Below are positions 8,955 to 18,747 of a stretch of DNA of 64,000 nt, one piece after another. Source of the stretch: Patescibacteria group bacterium (lineage in GTDB: Bacteria > Patescibacteriota > Microgenomatia > UBA8517). The translations under genes were made by a program, and so were the position numbers. Numbering within the stretch: the first letter of the stretch is position 1; each line of letters starts with the position of its first letter. A model generated the notes under the pieces. The model saw only the letters and a program-made list of their open reading frames with translations, was not told the origin of the DNA and made no database searches. The stretch spans positions 84,549 through 148,548 of the forward strand of contig DATDRP010000003.1 in assembly GCA_035291665.1 (NCBI GenBank), given 5' to 3'.

Positions 8955-9342
8955 ATATAGTATGTCAATACTTCGCATGTTTTTATTTCCGAACGATTTT
9001 TCGGAACTCACGATCGCTCGTGAGATCAGACTATATCTTGTACGTTCAGTTTAAATGAACGTACTCTGACGTATAGTCGTTGAGGATTCTACGTTCAGTT
9101 TAAATGAACGTAGCCTTTCCTGCTGATTGTCCGCACCTGTTGCTTTTTTACCCTGAACGACCAATATAAGTCGAACGGGTAGCACAGGATACAACGGAGT
9201 TCCCAGCAAATAGTCAAATTTATACTCGACTGGTCGAGTCCTATAATGATAACAGTTCTCTTTACTGATTGTTCAAATCAGAAGGTTCAAAAACGTGTTA
9301 TAGGAAGACAGCTCATGTCATTCCGATATGTTATCGAAATCA
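8955..9342 (-). mobile_element. ~390-nt ORF-less insertion at the 23S L2593-equivalent site (GACAGU|UCGG); candidate group I intron
   Basis: Flanking exon sequences align to E. coli 2585-2600 with ~390 extra nt between; 5' exon ends in U and the insert ends in G; contains modular hairpins (ACGTTCAGTTTAAATGAACGT twice). Confidence 0.45.
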
Positions 9343-9862
9343 ACTGTCTTACGACGTTCTGAACCCAGCTCACGTACCGCTTTAATGGGCGAACAGACCA
9401 ACCCTTGGCACCTTCTTCAGCGCCAGGATGCGATGAGCCGACATCGAGGTAGCGATCCGCGCCGTCGCTATGGACGCTCGGGCGCGACTACTCTGTTATC
9501 CCCGGGGTAGCTTTTATCCGTTAAGCTCCGTGCCTACCATGAGGCAATCGGAGGATCACTAAAACCTGCTTTCGCACTAGTTCGAGCCGTCGCTCTCACT
9601 ATCAAGCTGGCTTCTGCTTTTGCACATTGAAGTACGATGTCCATCCGTACTAAGCCAACCTTTGTGCCCTTGCGTTACTCTTTGGCAAGGTACCGCCCCA
9701 GTAAAACTGCCCACCTGACACTTTTCCTTCCGCCGTATCCAGGCGGAATAGGTAAGCCTCACATTTTCAAAAGAGTGGTATTACACTGTTCCCCGCAAAA
9801 TAAATCTGCGGGGTCCCACCTATTCTACACAATTCAAAAATATGAAAAGCAATGTCAAGCTG

Positions 9863-9893
<31 letters not shown>

Positions 9894-10025
9894 GTGGAAT
9901 TAGGCCGCGTCTTCACAGCCACCGCAATTTCGCCGAGTAGAGGCTCGAGACAGTTATTAACTCGTGACGCCGTTCATGCAGGTCGGAACTTACCCGACAA
10001 GGGGCTTCGCTCAAAACCTTATGAA

Positions 10026-10705
10026 AATCATCGTTGAGTTTTGGACTATATCTTCTCCGATTTGATCGGAGTTCGACGTATAGTCTCTGAGGATTCTAAA
10101 ACAGACTGGTTTCTTTTTTTTCTTGTATTCATTGTCTCGATAATATTGATAATTTTATTTATTCCATTTTTTGTTAAATGAGTTTTATTTTTCATTAACA
10201 AAAGTATTTTAGAAAATTTACTGAAATCATCTTTTTTAGAAGTTTTCAACTTATTTTCCTCAAAAAAAGGAATAATTATATCAAAAAGTTCCTTCTGAGA
10301 CTTCACACAATATCGAAAAAGATCTTCTCTGTGATTATCGTGTCTTCTGTTGACCGAAATTCTACCACATTTAAAAAATTTCATTACCGTAAATAATACG
10401 TTCTTACTTTTTTCTCCTTGCGATAAAACAAACTCGGGCATAATCTGATAACCCAGAGATGTAGTTGGATTCTTATGTAGGGTTACTGTAAAACAACCCT
10501 CTCCGTCTACAAATCCAACAATCCAGCCAATAAATTTTAGTCTTTCCTGCTGATTATCTTTACTGAATGCTTTTTCACTTGGTATCATCTACAGTATGAT
10601 GTTACCTTAGTAGCTTCAGATTAACAAGATTTTCCAGCATATAGTCGAATTTTACTACGGCAGTTTTGTATTGCCCTTACCGTAGAACAGTTATAGTTAC
10701 TGCTG
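10026..10705 (-). mobile_element. Group I intron at the 23S L1917-equivalent site carrying a LAGLIDADG homing endonuclease ORF
   Basis: Exon junction ...CUAUAACUGUUCUA | intron | AAGGUUUUGAGCGAAGCCCCUUGUCGGG corresponds to E. coli CCUA|AGGUAGCGAAAUUCCUUGUCGGG; ORF inside on the same strand. Confidence 0.7.
10046..10588 (-). CDS. LAGLIDADG-family homing endonuclease (single-motif type)
   Basis: IGWIVGFVDGEGCF matches the LAGLIDADG motif; located inside the rRNA intron. Confidence 0.85.
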   Translation of the reverse strand: MIPSEKAFSKDNQQERLKFIGWIVGFVDGEGCFTVTLHKNPTTSLGYQIMPEFVLSQGEKSKNVLFTVMKFFKCGRISVNRRHDNHREDLFRYCVKSQKELFDIIIPFFEENKLKTSKKDDFSKFSKILLLMKNKTHLTKNGINKIINIIETMNTRKKRNQSVLESSETIRRTPIKSEKI

Positions 10706-11200
10706 CCGTTTACCGGAGCTTTGCTTCACCCCATAAGATATCGCTTGCGCGATACCAAACAGGGATCCGTTTAACTTACCGGCACTGGGCAGGCGTCAGC
10801 CCGTATACTTCGCTTTTCAGCTTTGCACGGACCTGTGTTTTTGATAAACAGTCGGTTAATAAACTTTCGCTGCAACCCCGATTAAATCGGGGCAACCCAT
10901 CTCCCTAAGTTACGGGTAGTTTTTTTGCCGAATTCCTTAAGCCTCTTTCTCTCGCTCGCCTTACTATACTCTAGTAACCCACCTGTGTTGGTTTTGGTAC
11001 GGCTTACCTTGAATCTCACTGCGAATCTTTTCTCGTAGACAGAAATGTATGGAATAGTCCAAGTAAACTTAAACTCTGCATAACTCATCGATTAATCGTT
11101 TCAGCGGATTTCCCAACTGATACTATCTATAAGCTTGCACCCCACTTCACGAAGGGGCTCCAATTTTCCTATCCAGTCAATCCCCAGTTACTCATACGCT

Positions 11201-11340
11201 GCGCGAGAATTTTTAATTTACAATTTAAAATTTATATTGAATTTCTAATGACTTAATGTACTTAATTAAAAAATCGGGTCAATGAAAATTGAATAAAAAT
11301 TAAAAACTACATAACTAAAAATTCTTGTGCAACGTACAAG
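11201..11340. repeat. AT-rich repeat family copy 2, inside the 23S (E. coli ~1500 region)
   Basis: Aligned to copies 1 and 3; terminal hairpin CTTGTGCAACGTACAAG. Confidence 0.8.
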
Positions 11341-11707
11341 TTTGGCGATTCAAGACAAATACAGGAATTTTAACCTGTCATCCATCGACTACCCCCGCCC
11401 CTTTTTTGACAATAGCTTACGGAAATTTCATCTTTGGAAGGCGAAACGCCTCAAATTGTGTTGAGCCGTTTTCGGCTTCCGGGGTACGAAAATCCATTAA
11501 ACATTATCGAAAAAGGGGCGGGGCTTGCCTTAGGTGCCGACTAACCCGTCGAGGACGAACCTCGCGACGGAATCCTTGGGTATTTGGCGGACCAGATTCT
11601 CACTGGTCTAGTGCGCTACTCATACCGGCATTCTCACTCCCATTCGCTCCACCCAACTTTACAGTTGAACTTCACAGCAAATGGAACGCTCCCCTACCAC
11701 ACTCGCT

Positions 11708-11872
11708 CGCAGTTCGAGAAAATTCAAATGATAAATATCAAATGACAAATCAATCACAAATAACAAAACTTTAAAAGAGAAAATAATTTAAATTCTTTTG
11801 TCCTCTTTTTAATTTTGAGTTTGAATTGAATTTTGTGATTTGAGTTTTGAATTTCCTTGTACTGCGAACAAG
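11708..11872. repeat. Hairpin intervening-sequence family copy a, at 23S helix 45 (GCAGUACAAGG...CGAACUGCG arms)
   Basis: ~165-nt long inverted repeat inserted where E. coli has helix 45 (GCGGCAGCGACGC...); near-identical copy at 12499-12663. Confidence 0.75.
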
Positions 11873-11936
11873 CATCTCTGGCTTCGGTATTATCTTTAAT
11901 CCTCGATTAATTTTCGGCGCCTACTTCCATCGACCA

Positions 11937-11993
<57 letters not shown>

Positions 11994-12498
11994 TTATGGA
12001 AATAAACTTCCTTTGAAACTTAAGATAAATTTAGAGACCTTAGCCGAAAGTCTGGGTTGTTTCCCTTTACCCGCATCAGCTTAGCCCGATGCGAGTGTCT
12101 AGCGTGATAATGTACACCGTTATTCGGAGTTTGGTTGAGTGAACTTGGTTGCCCTCGTCCACCCATTCAGTAGCTCTACCATCGGTAACACCTTACACGC
12201 CACGGTCCCTATAGACCTTTCGGGGAGAACCAGCTATCTCCAGGTTCGTTTGGCATATTACCCCTATCCACAAGTCATCCCAAGTCATTGCAACGACAAC
12301 GGGTTCGGGCCTCCTCCCGACTTTCGTCGGGATTCACCCTGCTCATGGCTAGATCACCTGGTTTCGGGTCTTATCTCACATTCAAAATCGCGCTATTAAC
12401 ACTTGGTTTCCCTACGCCTCCCCCCGCAAAGCGGGGTTAGACAAGAATATAAGATAAACTCGCCGGTTCATTCTTCAATAGGCACGATATCACTCGCA

Positions 12499-12663
12499 CG
12501 CAGTTCGAGAAAATTCAAATGATAAATATCAAATGACAAATCAATCACAAATAACAAAACTTTAAAAGAGAAAATAATTTAAATTCTTTTGTCCTCTTTG
12601 TAATTTTGAGTTTGAATTGAATTTTGTGATTTGAGTTTTGAATTTCCTTGTACTACGTACAAG
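12499..12663. repeat. Hairpin intervening-sequence family copy b, at 23S helix 25
   Basis: Inserted after GAACCUGAAAC...CUUGUACGUAGUACAAGG, the helix-25 position; ~95% identical to copy a. Confidence 0.75.
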
Positions 12664-12728
12664 CTCTATCGGTTTGTCCGCAAACAGTTTCAGGTTCTAT
12701 TTCACTGGGCGTCCCGCCCTTCTTTTCG

Positions 12729-12760
<32 letters not shown>

Positions 12761-12952
12761 TTCTGCTTATATTTAGCCTTGGAAGATGGTTCTCCCAGAT
12801 TCCCACGAAGATGTCGATCGTGGTACTTAGGAAATCCCTAGAGTCATTTTTCATTTCGTATACAAGACTATCACTTTCTATGGTCGGCAATTCCATGCCG
12901 TTCTACTATGAAAAATGATCCCACATTGGGCTCCTGCAACCCCCTGCACTCT

Positions 12953-13090
12953 GCGCGAGAATTTCTAATTTACAATTTAAAATTTCTAATTAATTTCTAA
13001 TGACTTAATGTACTTAATAAAAAATCGGGTCAATGAAAATTGAATAAAAATTAAAAACTACATAACTAAAAATTCTTGTGCAAAGCACAA
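12953..13090. repeat. AT-rich repeat family copy 3, inside 23S domain I (after GUAGCGGCGAGCGAA)
   Basis: Aligned to copies 1 and 2. Confidence 0.8.
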
Positions 13091-13101
13091 GGTTTAGGCT
13101 T

Positions 13102-13132
<31 letters not shown>

Positions 13133-13810
13133 ATTTCCCCCGCTGAGCGGGGGTTGTTTTCTTTTCCTTCGGGTACTTAGATGTTTCAGTTTCCCGAGTC
13201 TCCTCCGAAAGAGCTATGTGCTTCGCACAAGGTGGCCTACAGCTATTTGACTACAGACTACAGGAAAAACTGTGACTGTAGACTGTTGACTGTAAGCAAA
13301 CTTATGCGAAGCGCTTTTACTCTTTGGTCCTCCGTTATGAGACGGAGTGGGTTTCCCCATTCGGACACCGCCGGGTCACAGGATCGTGGCTCCTATCCGA
13401 CGATTATCGCAGCCTTGCGCGTCCTTCTTAGGTAAGCAAAACCAAGGCATCCACTGTTCGCGTTAGTAAAGACATTTACCTCGTGTATAAACACGAGGAT
13501 TTTGGCCTTTCTCCTTAAATTTTTAAAGAGCAAATTAACTTGTTAATTTGCGATGTATCCGCCAACAAACGCCCCTTAAGTCGTGTTCGAACAGAACTAA
13601 AAGACTTAAGGTAAGTTGCGGCGGAAAAGAGCACTGTTTCAAAAAAGAAACAGCTTCTATCTCTCGCAAATCTGTTAATGTTCATCTCTTTAGTATCTGA
13701 AAGATGGTGACTCGCGGTTTAAAATATTATCCAAACCGCCAATCACCATTTCTCAAATGTCAAAGTCTTCCTTATACTCTTCTACTCTCACGCTCTTACA
13801 CTCTAAATTA

Positions 13811-13883
13811 AGTGGACCTGGGCGGGGTCGAACCGCCTACCTCGTCATTGCAAATGACGCGTTCAGCCAGTTAAACTTCAGGC
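13811..13883 (-). tRNA. tRNA-Ala (anticodon UGC) with G3:U70
   Basis: Reverse complement GGGCCUG...CAUUUGCAAUG...GGUUCGACCCCGCC...CAGGUCC-A; anticodon loop UUUGCAA; G3·U70 identity pair. Confidence 0.85.
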
Positions 13884-14044
13884 CCAAATTCGTATTTGCC
13901 GGTCCTGACTATTAAATTGTTAAAGTAAGGTACAGTTACCCTCCGAAACTTATCTCTCGGCTTCTCTTTCTATTCGAACACGCCTCGAGATGCGCTATCT
14001 GGAGGGTTGTTGCACTACATATAATTTAATTTGGAATGTGCAAC

Positions 14045-14070
14045 AAAAAACCGGCGCGTATAGGCCGGTT
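14045..14070 (-). terminator. Rho-independent terminator (minus strand): ACCGGC-N8-GCCGGT followed by a T6 run
   Basis: Reverse complement AACCGGCCTATACGCGCCGGTTTTTTG. Confidence 0.5.
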
Positions 14071-14248
14071 ATTACAAAAATGAGTGCAAAACCCCCCTTA
14101 AATCACGTGTCCGTATCAGGACCGTTTGAAAGTTGGATTGTTATTGCGTTTCTCATTCAGTAAATATCTCCCCATTCGCAAGCAATGTGTATTATACAAC
14201 AGAGGTCAACGATCAGTCAACACGGGGTTAAATGGGCAAATCTTACCT

Positions 14249-14971
14249 TTATTTATCTTGATAAGTACGAAGCCATGCTTCATAACGTTCATCACTATCA
14301 ATGGCTTTTAACTTCGCGAGTTCGTCCTCTCTTCTTTTCGGCTCAATGGCATTGGATATGGACCTTCCGATTATTTTGTAAAAGAGAGAATTTACCTTGA
14401 ACATATTTTGGATTTTTGCAAGAATTTCAACCCTATACCATCTTTTTGTAAAATTCGATGCATGAGTAGCTTCCAGGGGTACACTTTTACCAGCACGGTG
14501 CGGAATGGTTACACCTACGTTTTCACCATGATATCCCAACCTCCTGTGTCTCTCTGCTACTGTTGCCGTTGTATCATCACCAGGATCCTTTTCCATATTT
14601 TGGAGAATTATATCAACTACTATGGGTATGTTCAACAGTCTATGGTTTTGTTACGGCCTTTGTTTTCTTGGTCTTACACCCGGATACCATAAGTTGTGAT
14701 CTCTCACCCCAACCGGTTCCGGTGTGCACCGGTTAAATGCCGGACAACTCAAATCTTGACAATATGCATTTATCACACTATTTGCTTCTTTCTGAGCCCT
14801 TTGCGAATTTGATAATCCATATTGTTTGTATGCAATCAGATTTATTCCTCTATGATGGGGTTGCACCAAATTCGTTAATTTACCATTATTAACCACCCTT
14901 CCGCCTCGTTTGAGAATTTTACATACTTCTTCAAACCCCCAAGATTTTAACCGCTTTTCCGTATCAGGCAT
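14249..14971 (-). pseudogene. Two adjacent out-of-frame ORFs (106 aa + 128 aa) of unknown function, possibly one frameshifted gene
   Basis: 14651..14971 and 14249..14635 abut in different frames; Cys motif CQDLSCPAFNRC; no recognisable family. Confidence 0.25.
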
Positions 14972-15091
14972 ATGAAACTGTAAATGCAGTATATCAATAT
15001 AGAAGATTTTAACATGTAATTTTGATTGTTAATTAGCCTTATTTGTGGTAAATTAGTGGTTGTTCCGAAATTCTTTTTCTATGATTTATTG

Positions 15092-15150
15092 GGCGCGTGG
15101 CTCAGTGTCCGATCAAGTCGGCGACATGTCTAAGAGCGCGTTCCTGATGA
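15092..15150 (+). pseudogene. tRNA 5' half-fragment X (GGGCGCGUGGCUCAGUG, 23-nt insert in the D-loop, anticodon arm CGUUC-CUGAUGA); outer shell of a nested tRNA locus
   Basis: Identical first 17 nt to tRNA-Ile at 15242; matching 3' half at 15421-15470 (same CGTTC stem, ...CGCGCCC-U-CCA). Confidence 0.5.
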
Positions 15151-15164
15151 CAGAAATTATTTTG

Positions 15165-15203
15165 GGCTGCTAGTTCATTGGTAGAACGCTTTATTGATGA
15201 CGC
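15165..15203 (+). pseudogene. tRNA 5' half-fragment Y (GGGCUGC-UA-GUUC-AUUGGUA-GAAC-G-CUUUA-UUGAUGA)
   Basis: Acceptor strand GGGCTGC pairs with GCAGCCC of the 3' fragment at 15340-15372. Confidence 0.45.
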
Positions 15204-15241
15204 AAATAATAATTTGCGACATATTGAAAATTGAAAACGAG

Positions 15242-15313
15242 GGCGCGTGGCTCAGTGGTAGAGCGCCTTCCTGATAAGAAGGAGGTCCTAGGTTCGATCC
15301 CTAGCGCGCCCAC
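15242..15313 (+). tRNA. tRNA-Ile (anticodon GAU), intact, 72 nt
   Basis: GGGCGCG-UG-GCUC-AGUGGUA-GAGC-G-CCUUC-CUGAUAA-GAAGG-AGGUC-CUAGG-UUCGAUC-CCUAG-CGCGCCC-A. Confidence 0.85.
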
Positions 15314-15339
15314 AAAGTTCTCAATTTTCACTATAAGAA

Positions 15340-15372
15340 AGAAGTGCTAGGTTCGATTCCTAGGCAGCCCAC
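15340..15372 (+). pseudogene. tRNA 3' half-fragment Y (T-arm CUAGG-UUCGAUU-CCUAG + GCAGCCC-A)
   Basis: Complements fragment Y 5' acceptor strand. Confidence 0.45.
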
Positions 15373-15420
15373 AAGTTTCTGACATATCGAACGTTTTTGA
15401 AGCTGAAAGCTTCAAAGTCC

Positions 15421-15470
15421 GTTCGTTATAAGAACGAGGTCCAAGGTTCGATCCCTAGCGCGCCCTCCAC
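15421..15470 (+). pseudogene. tRNA 3' half-fragment X (anticodon arm CGUUC-GUUAUAA-GAACG, T-arm, CGCGCCC-U-CCA with encoded CCA)
   Basis: Nearly identical to the 3' half of tRNA-Ile; together with 15092-15139 would give a complete Ile-like tRNA (anticodon UAU). Confidence 0.5.
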
Positions 15471-15479
15471 AGATTACTT

Positions 15480-15650
15480 ACAACTAAAAACTTAAGGCTA
15501 ATTACACCCACTACTCACTTCTCACTACCCACATCTCACTACTCATTTCCTATCTCTTACCGCCTACATCCTACAATCAATCGCCTACTCCCACTTCCCA
15601 CTACTCACTTCTCATTACTTAATATCTTAAAATCCTTCATATATAATGAA
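15480..15650. repeat. G-depleted low-complexity tract (CTACTCAC / CCTACAAC motifs) upstream of the ATPase gene
   Basis: 170 nt with essentially no G on the plus strand. Confidence 0.8.
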
Positions 15651-15653
15651 GTT

Positions 15654-17771
15654 ATGCTTAAAACATTTGTTTTGAAAGTTCCAAGAGAGAATGTCGAAAC
15701 CCCCGAAGCAACACAAACTTTTTTATCAGCGCTTACCACGCTTAATCCGACAAGTACTCTTGAAAAATTACTTATAAAAAACCAAAAAGCTCTTGCTCTC
15801 GAAATTGTGCTTCAAAACCAGCAAATTACATTCAGGGTGGTTTGTGATTCTGAATTTGAACATCTGGTTACCACACAAATCCAGTCAAACTATCCGCTTT
15901 GTGTCATTCAGAATGCTGAAAATGAAATTTCCTTTGAAGACCTGACTCTGACAAAGGTTAACTTGAGGTTTGGTAATTTTTACCCGATTCAAACTTATGC
16001 TTCTTTCCGGGATTTGGATCCAATGTCGTCATTTTTATCGCTTCTTTCAAAGGCAACACCGAATGACGTCGTAATCATTCAATACGCTCTTGAGGCAGCT
16101 GGATCTTCCTGGCAGGCGAAAGGTAAAAACTTTGCTCTTTCAGGAGCCAAAAAAGCTGATGGGTCATTTGGTCCCAGACCCGACCAAAATGTCGTTAACG
16201 AAAAGATATCATTCCAAGGATTCAAAGTATCCATTCGGATAGCATCTAATTCGAAAACAACTCAAAAAGAACTTGCATCCGTGTATGATATTTTTAACCG
16301 CCCCGACGGCAATAGTTTTCGATCTTCATCCGTCATCAGGCTTTTTTTCAAAAAAGAAATGGCAAAATTCAAGAACCGGCTTTGCAGTGATTCTCAAATC
16401 CTTAACACTCCGGAGTTGGCAACGCTATGGCACTTGCCCGGTGAAAAAATAAAAGCCCCCTTAATTTCCTGGGGTTCAACAGTTTTATCAGAACCACCGG
16501 AAAATCTTCCGGTTGCAAAAATCATGTCCGATGAAGAAAAATCCCATGTCAACTTTTTTGCAAAAACACAGTTTAAGAATGAAGAGAGCATTTTCGGAAT
16601 CAAAGACAAGGATAGGCTTCGTCATGTCTGGACTGTCGGAAAAACCGGAACCGGAAAATCAACAATGATTGCCAACATGGCAATCGATGACATAAAAAAA
16701 GGGCGTGGAGTTGCGGTTATTGATCCGCACGGAGATCTTTGTGATGACATACTGGATTACATTCCCAGCTCCCGTATAAATGACACAATTTATTTCAATC
16801 CGGCTGACCGCGAATTTCCAATCGCACTCAATCCTCTTGAAGTAACAAATAAAGAAGAGGCGGAATTGGTTGTATCCGGACTGATGAGTATCTTTACCCG
16901 AGTATGGGCTAATGTTTGGTCTGCAAGAATGGAATATATTCTCCGTAACTCATTCATGACTTTGGCAGAAATCCCCGACTCGACGTTGGAGGACGTACTC
17001 CACTTGTTGGCGAATCAGACTTTCCGAAACAGAGTTCTTTCAAAAGTAAAAGACGACGCTATCGTAAAATTCTGGAAAGACGAGTTCGATCAAATGCCGG
17101 AAACATTACAAAAAGAAGCGATTGCACCAATCCAAAATAAAGTCGGACAATTTGTAACATCGCCTTTAATGAGAAGAATCCTTTCAAAACCAAAGTCCGC
17201 CATTTCGATTGACGACATCATGAATAACGGAAAAATATTTTTGGCCAATCTTTCCCAAGGCCGTCTCGGTGAAGACAACTCGGCGCTTCTGGGTGCAACA
17301 CTTATCACAAAAATTCAAGTTTCCGCAATGAGACGTGTGGACATTCCGAAAGATGACCGCCGGCCGTTTTACTTGTACGTTGATGAGTTTCAGAACTTCG
17401 CCACCGATTCATTCATCCGAATTCTATCAGAAGCAAGAAAATACGGATTGGCTCTGACTTTGGCTAATCAATATATGGCGCAAATTCCTCCCAACATACA
17501 AAAAGCAATTCTCGGAAACGCGGGAACTCTGGTTGCTTTCACAATCGGCGCAGAAGATGCCCAAATTGTACATCGGGAATTTGCCGAGGTGTTTTCGCAA
17601 AACGATTTGGTTAATTTGAAAAACTATCAAATTGCAGTGAAACTAATGGTCGATGCCCATTCAACCAGGCCCTTCTTTGCCTATACATTGCCTCTTCCCG
17701 CGCAGAGTAACCAAAACCGCCCCAAAGTGATTGCAGTTTCCCGGGAAAGGTGGGGAAAAAAATCGACGTAA
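15654..17771 (+). CDS. P-loop NTPase of the HerA/FtsK/VirB4 clade (DUF87-like), 705 aa, with ~300-aa N-terminal domain of unknown function
   Basis: VGKTGTGKST Walker A; AVIDPHGD (HerA/VirB4-like); LYVDEFQNF Walker B; no SD upstream. Confidence 0.6.
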   Translation: MLKTFVLKVPRENVETPEATQTFLSALTTLNPTSTLEKLLIKNQKALALEIVLQNQQITFRVVCDSEFEHLVTTQIQSNYPLCVIQNAENEISFEDLTLTKVNLRFGNFYPIQTYASFRDLDPMSSFLSLLSKATPNDVVIIQYALEAAGSSWQAKGKNFALSGAKKADGSFGPRPDQNVVNEKISFQGFKVSIRIASNSKTTQKELASVYDIFNRPDGNSFRSSSVIRLFFKKEMAKFKNRLCSDSQILNTPELATLWHLPGEKIKAPLISWGSTVLSEPPENLPVAKIMSDEEKSHVNFFAKTQFKNEESIFGIKDKDRLRHVWTVGKTGTGKSTMIANMAIDDIKKGRGVAVIDPHGDLCDDILDYIPSSRINDTIYFNPADREFPIALNPLEVTNKEEAELVVSGLMSIFTRVWANVWSARMEYILRNSFMTLAEIPDSTLEDVLHLLANQTFRNRVLSKVKDDAIVKFWKDEFDQMPETLQKEAIAPIQNKVGQFVTSPLMRRILSKPKSAISIDDIMNNGKIFLANLSQGRLGEDNSALLGATLITKIQVSAMRRVDIPKDDRRPFYLYVDEFQNFATDSFIRILSEARKYGLALTLANQYMAQIPPNIQKAILGNAGTLVAFTIGAEDAQIVHREFAEVFSQNDLVNLKNYQIAVKLMVDAHSTRPFFAYTLPLPAQSNQNRPKVIAVSRERWGKKST

Positions 17772-17779
17772 GTTGATTT

Positions 17780-17930
17780 TTTTGATAAAAGTACATATTT
17801 CTCTATTTTCTTTATTCTAAACTACTTAATTACTTAAACCCCGTATTTCCCAATACTCACATCCCACTTCCCACAACTCAATTTCTATCTCTTACCCTAC
17901 AACCTACTTCTTACAACCTAACATCGTTTT
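17780..17930. repeat. G-depleted low-complexity tract (CCCTACAACCTAC motifs) followed by its C-depleted mirror at 17990-18050
   Basis: Composition and motif reading. Confidence 0.8.
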
Positions 17931-18046
17931 CACCGGTACATTTAGACCTATAATAACGAACACTATTCTCCCCCATTAGCTTGTGAAAAGAATGTGAAAG
18001 ATGAATAGTTGTAGGTTGTACGATGTAGGAGGTAGGATAAGATATA

Positions 18047-18400
18047 GTGAGAATTACAAAACTTGATGATTTGGTTATATATCAGGAGTCAATCTTACTT
18101 ACTAAGGAAGTATTTACACTTTGTAAATGTCCCAAGCTCAAGACTGAATATAGCCTCCAAGATCAAATAAAACGAGCGTGCGTTTCTGTGTCTGCCAATA
18201 TTGCTGAAGGCTACGGTAGACGTACCAAGGCCGACTTTTCTCAGTTCTTATCAATCTCGCTAGGCTCATGCAATGAAGCGATAGCCTTACTGGACGTCAT
18301 TAAATTAAATTTTCCCACACTGGAAACTACAGAGCTAAAAGGAAAATATCAGATATTAAGTAAAAGGATTTATTCATTCCGCAGTTATCAAATTAAATAA
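18047..18400 (+). CDS. Four-helix-bundle protein of the type normally encoded inside 23S rRNA intervening sequences (TIGR02436-like)
   Basis: Matches this family's typical motifs: ...ACVSVSANIAEGYGRRTKADFSQFLSISLGSCNEAIALL...; 117 aa. Confidence 0.7.
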   Translation: MRITKLDDLVIYQESILLTKEVFTLCKCPKLKTEYSLQDQIKRACVSVSANIAEGYGRRTKADFSQFLSISLGSCNEAIALLDVIKLNFPTLETTELKGKYQILSKRIYSFRSYQIK

Positions 18401-18440
18401 ATATTTTCCACCTACAACTTACAACTTACTTCTTACCGCC

Positions 18441-18474
18441 ATGTCAAGTTTTTTGAACACAAAAAACTTGACAT
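18441..18474. promoter_or_regulatory. Perfect 14-bp-arm palindrome ATGTCAAGTTTTTT-GAACAC-AAAAAACTTGACAT overlapping the -35 of the promoter below (candidate operator)
   Basis: Direct reading. Confidence 0.6.
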
Positions 18475-18496
18475 TTAGCACTTCGTTTGATATACT
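18468..18496 (+). promoter_or_regulatory. Consensus sigma-70-type promoter TTGACA-N17-TATACT
   Basis: TTGACA 18468-18473, 17-nt spacer, TATACT 18491-18496. Confidence 0.6.
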
Positions 18497-18502
18497 GCTA
18501 GC

Positions 18503-18697
18503 TATCCTATAGAAATGTAGGGTAATGCTTTAGAGGTGAAAATTAGTTGTGAGTAGTGAGTAGTTGCTCACATCTCATAACCCACAACCCATAACTAATA
18601 TTGTTATTGTATTAATTAATATAATAACTTGTCGGCTTTAAGTCGAGTTAGACTCGACAAGTTTTTAAGCCGCGACCTTTAAAGTCGCGGCTTTTTT
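18503..18697 (+). ncRNA. Candidate small RNA (~195 nt): consensus promoter to intrinsic terminator, no ORF of 60 aa or more, several internal hairpins
   Basis: Promoter at 18468-18496; terminator GCCGCGAC-CTTTAAA-GTCGCGGC-TTTTTT at 18669-18697; internal hairpins CTTGTCG...CGACAAG and GTGAG...CTCAC. Confidence 0.4.
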
Positions 18698-18747
18698 ATT
18701 GCTCTTTTATAAAAATAGTGATAACTCAATAACCCTCCGATAAATCT

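Noticed and set aside
14249-14971. Homing-endonuclease (HNH) call for the split ORF pair
   Set aside because: Cys and His residues are present but no HNH or His-Me finger spacing could be recognised. Left as a possible frameshifted hypothetical.
18441-18474. Divergent (bidirectional) promoter from the palindrome's left arm
   Set aside because: The left arm gives a minus-strand TTGACA but no -10 hexamer at 16-18 nt. Only the plus-strand promoter is supported.
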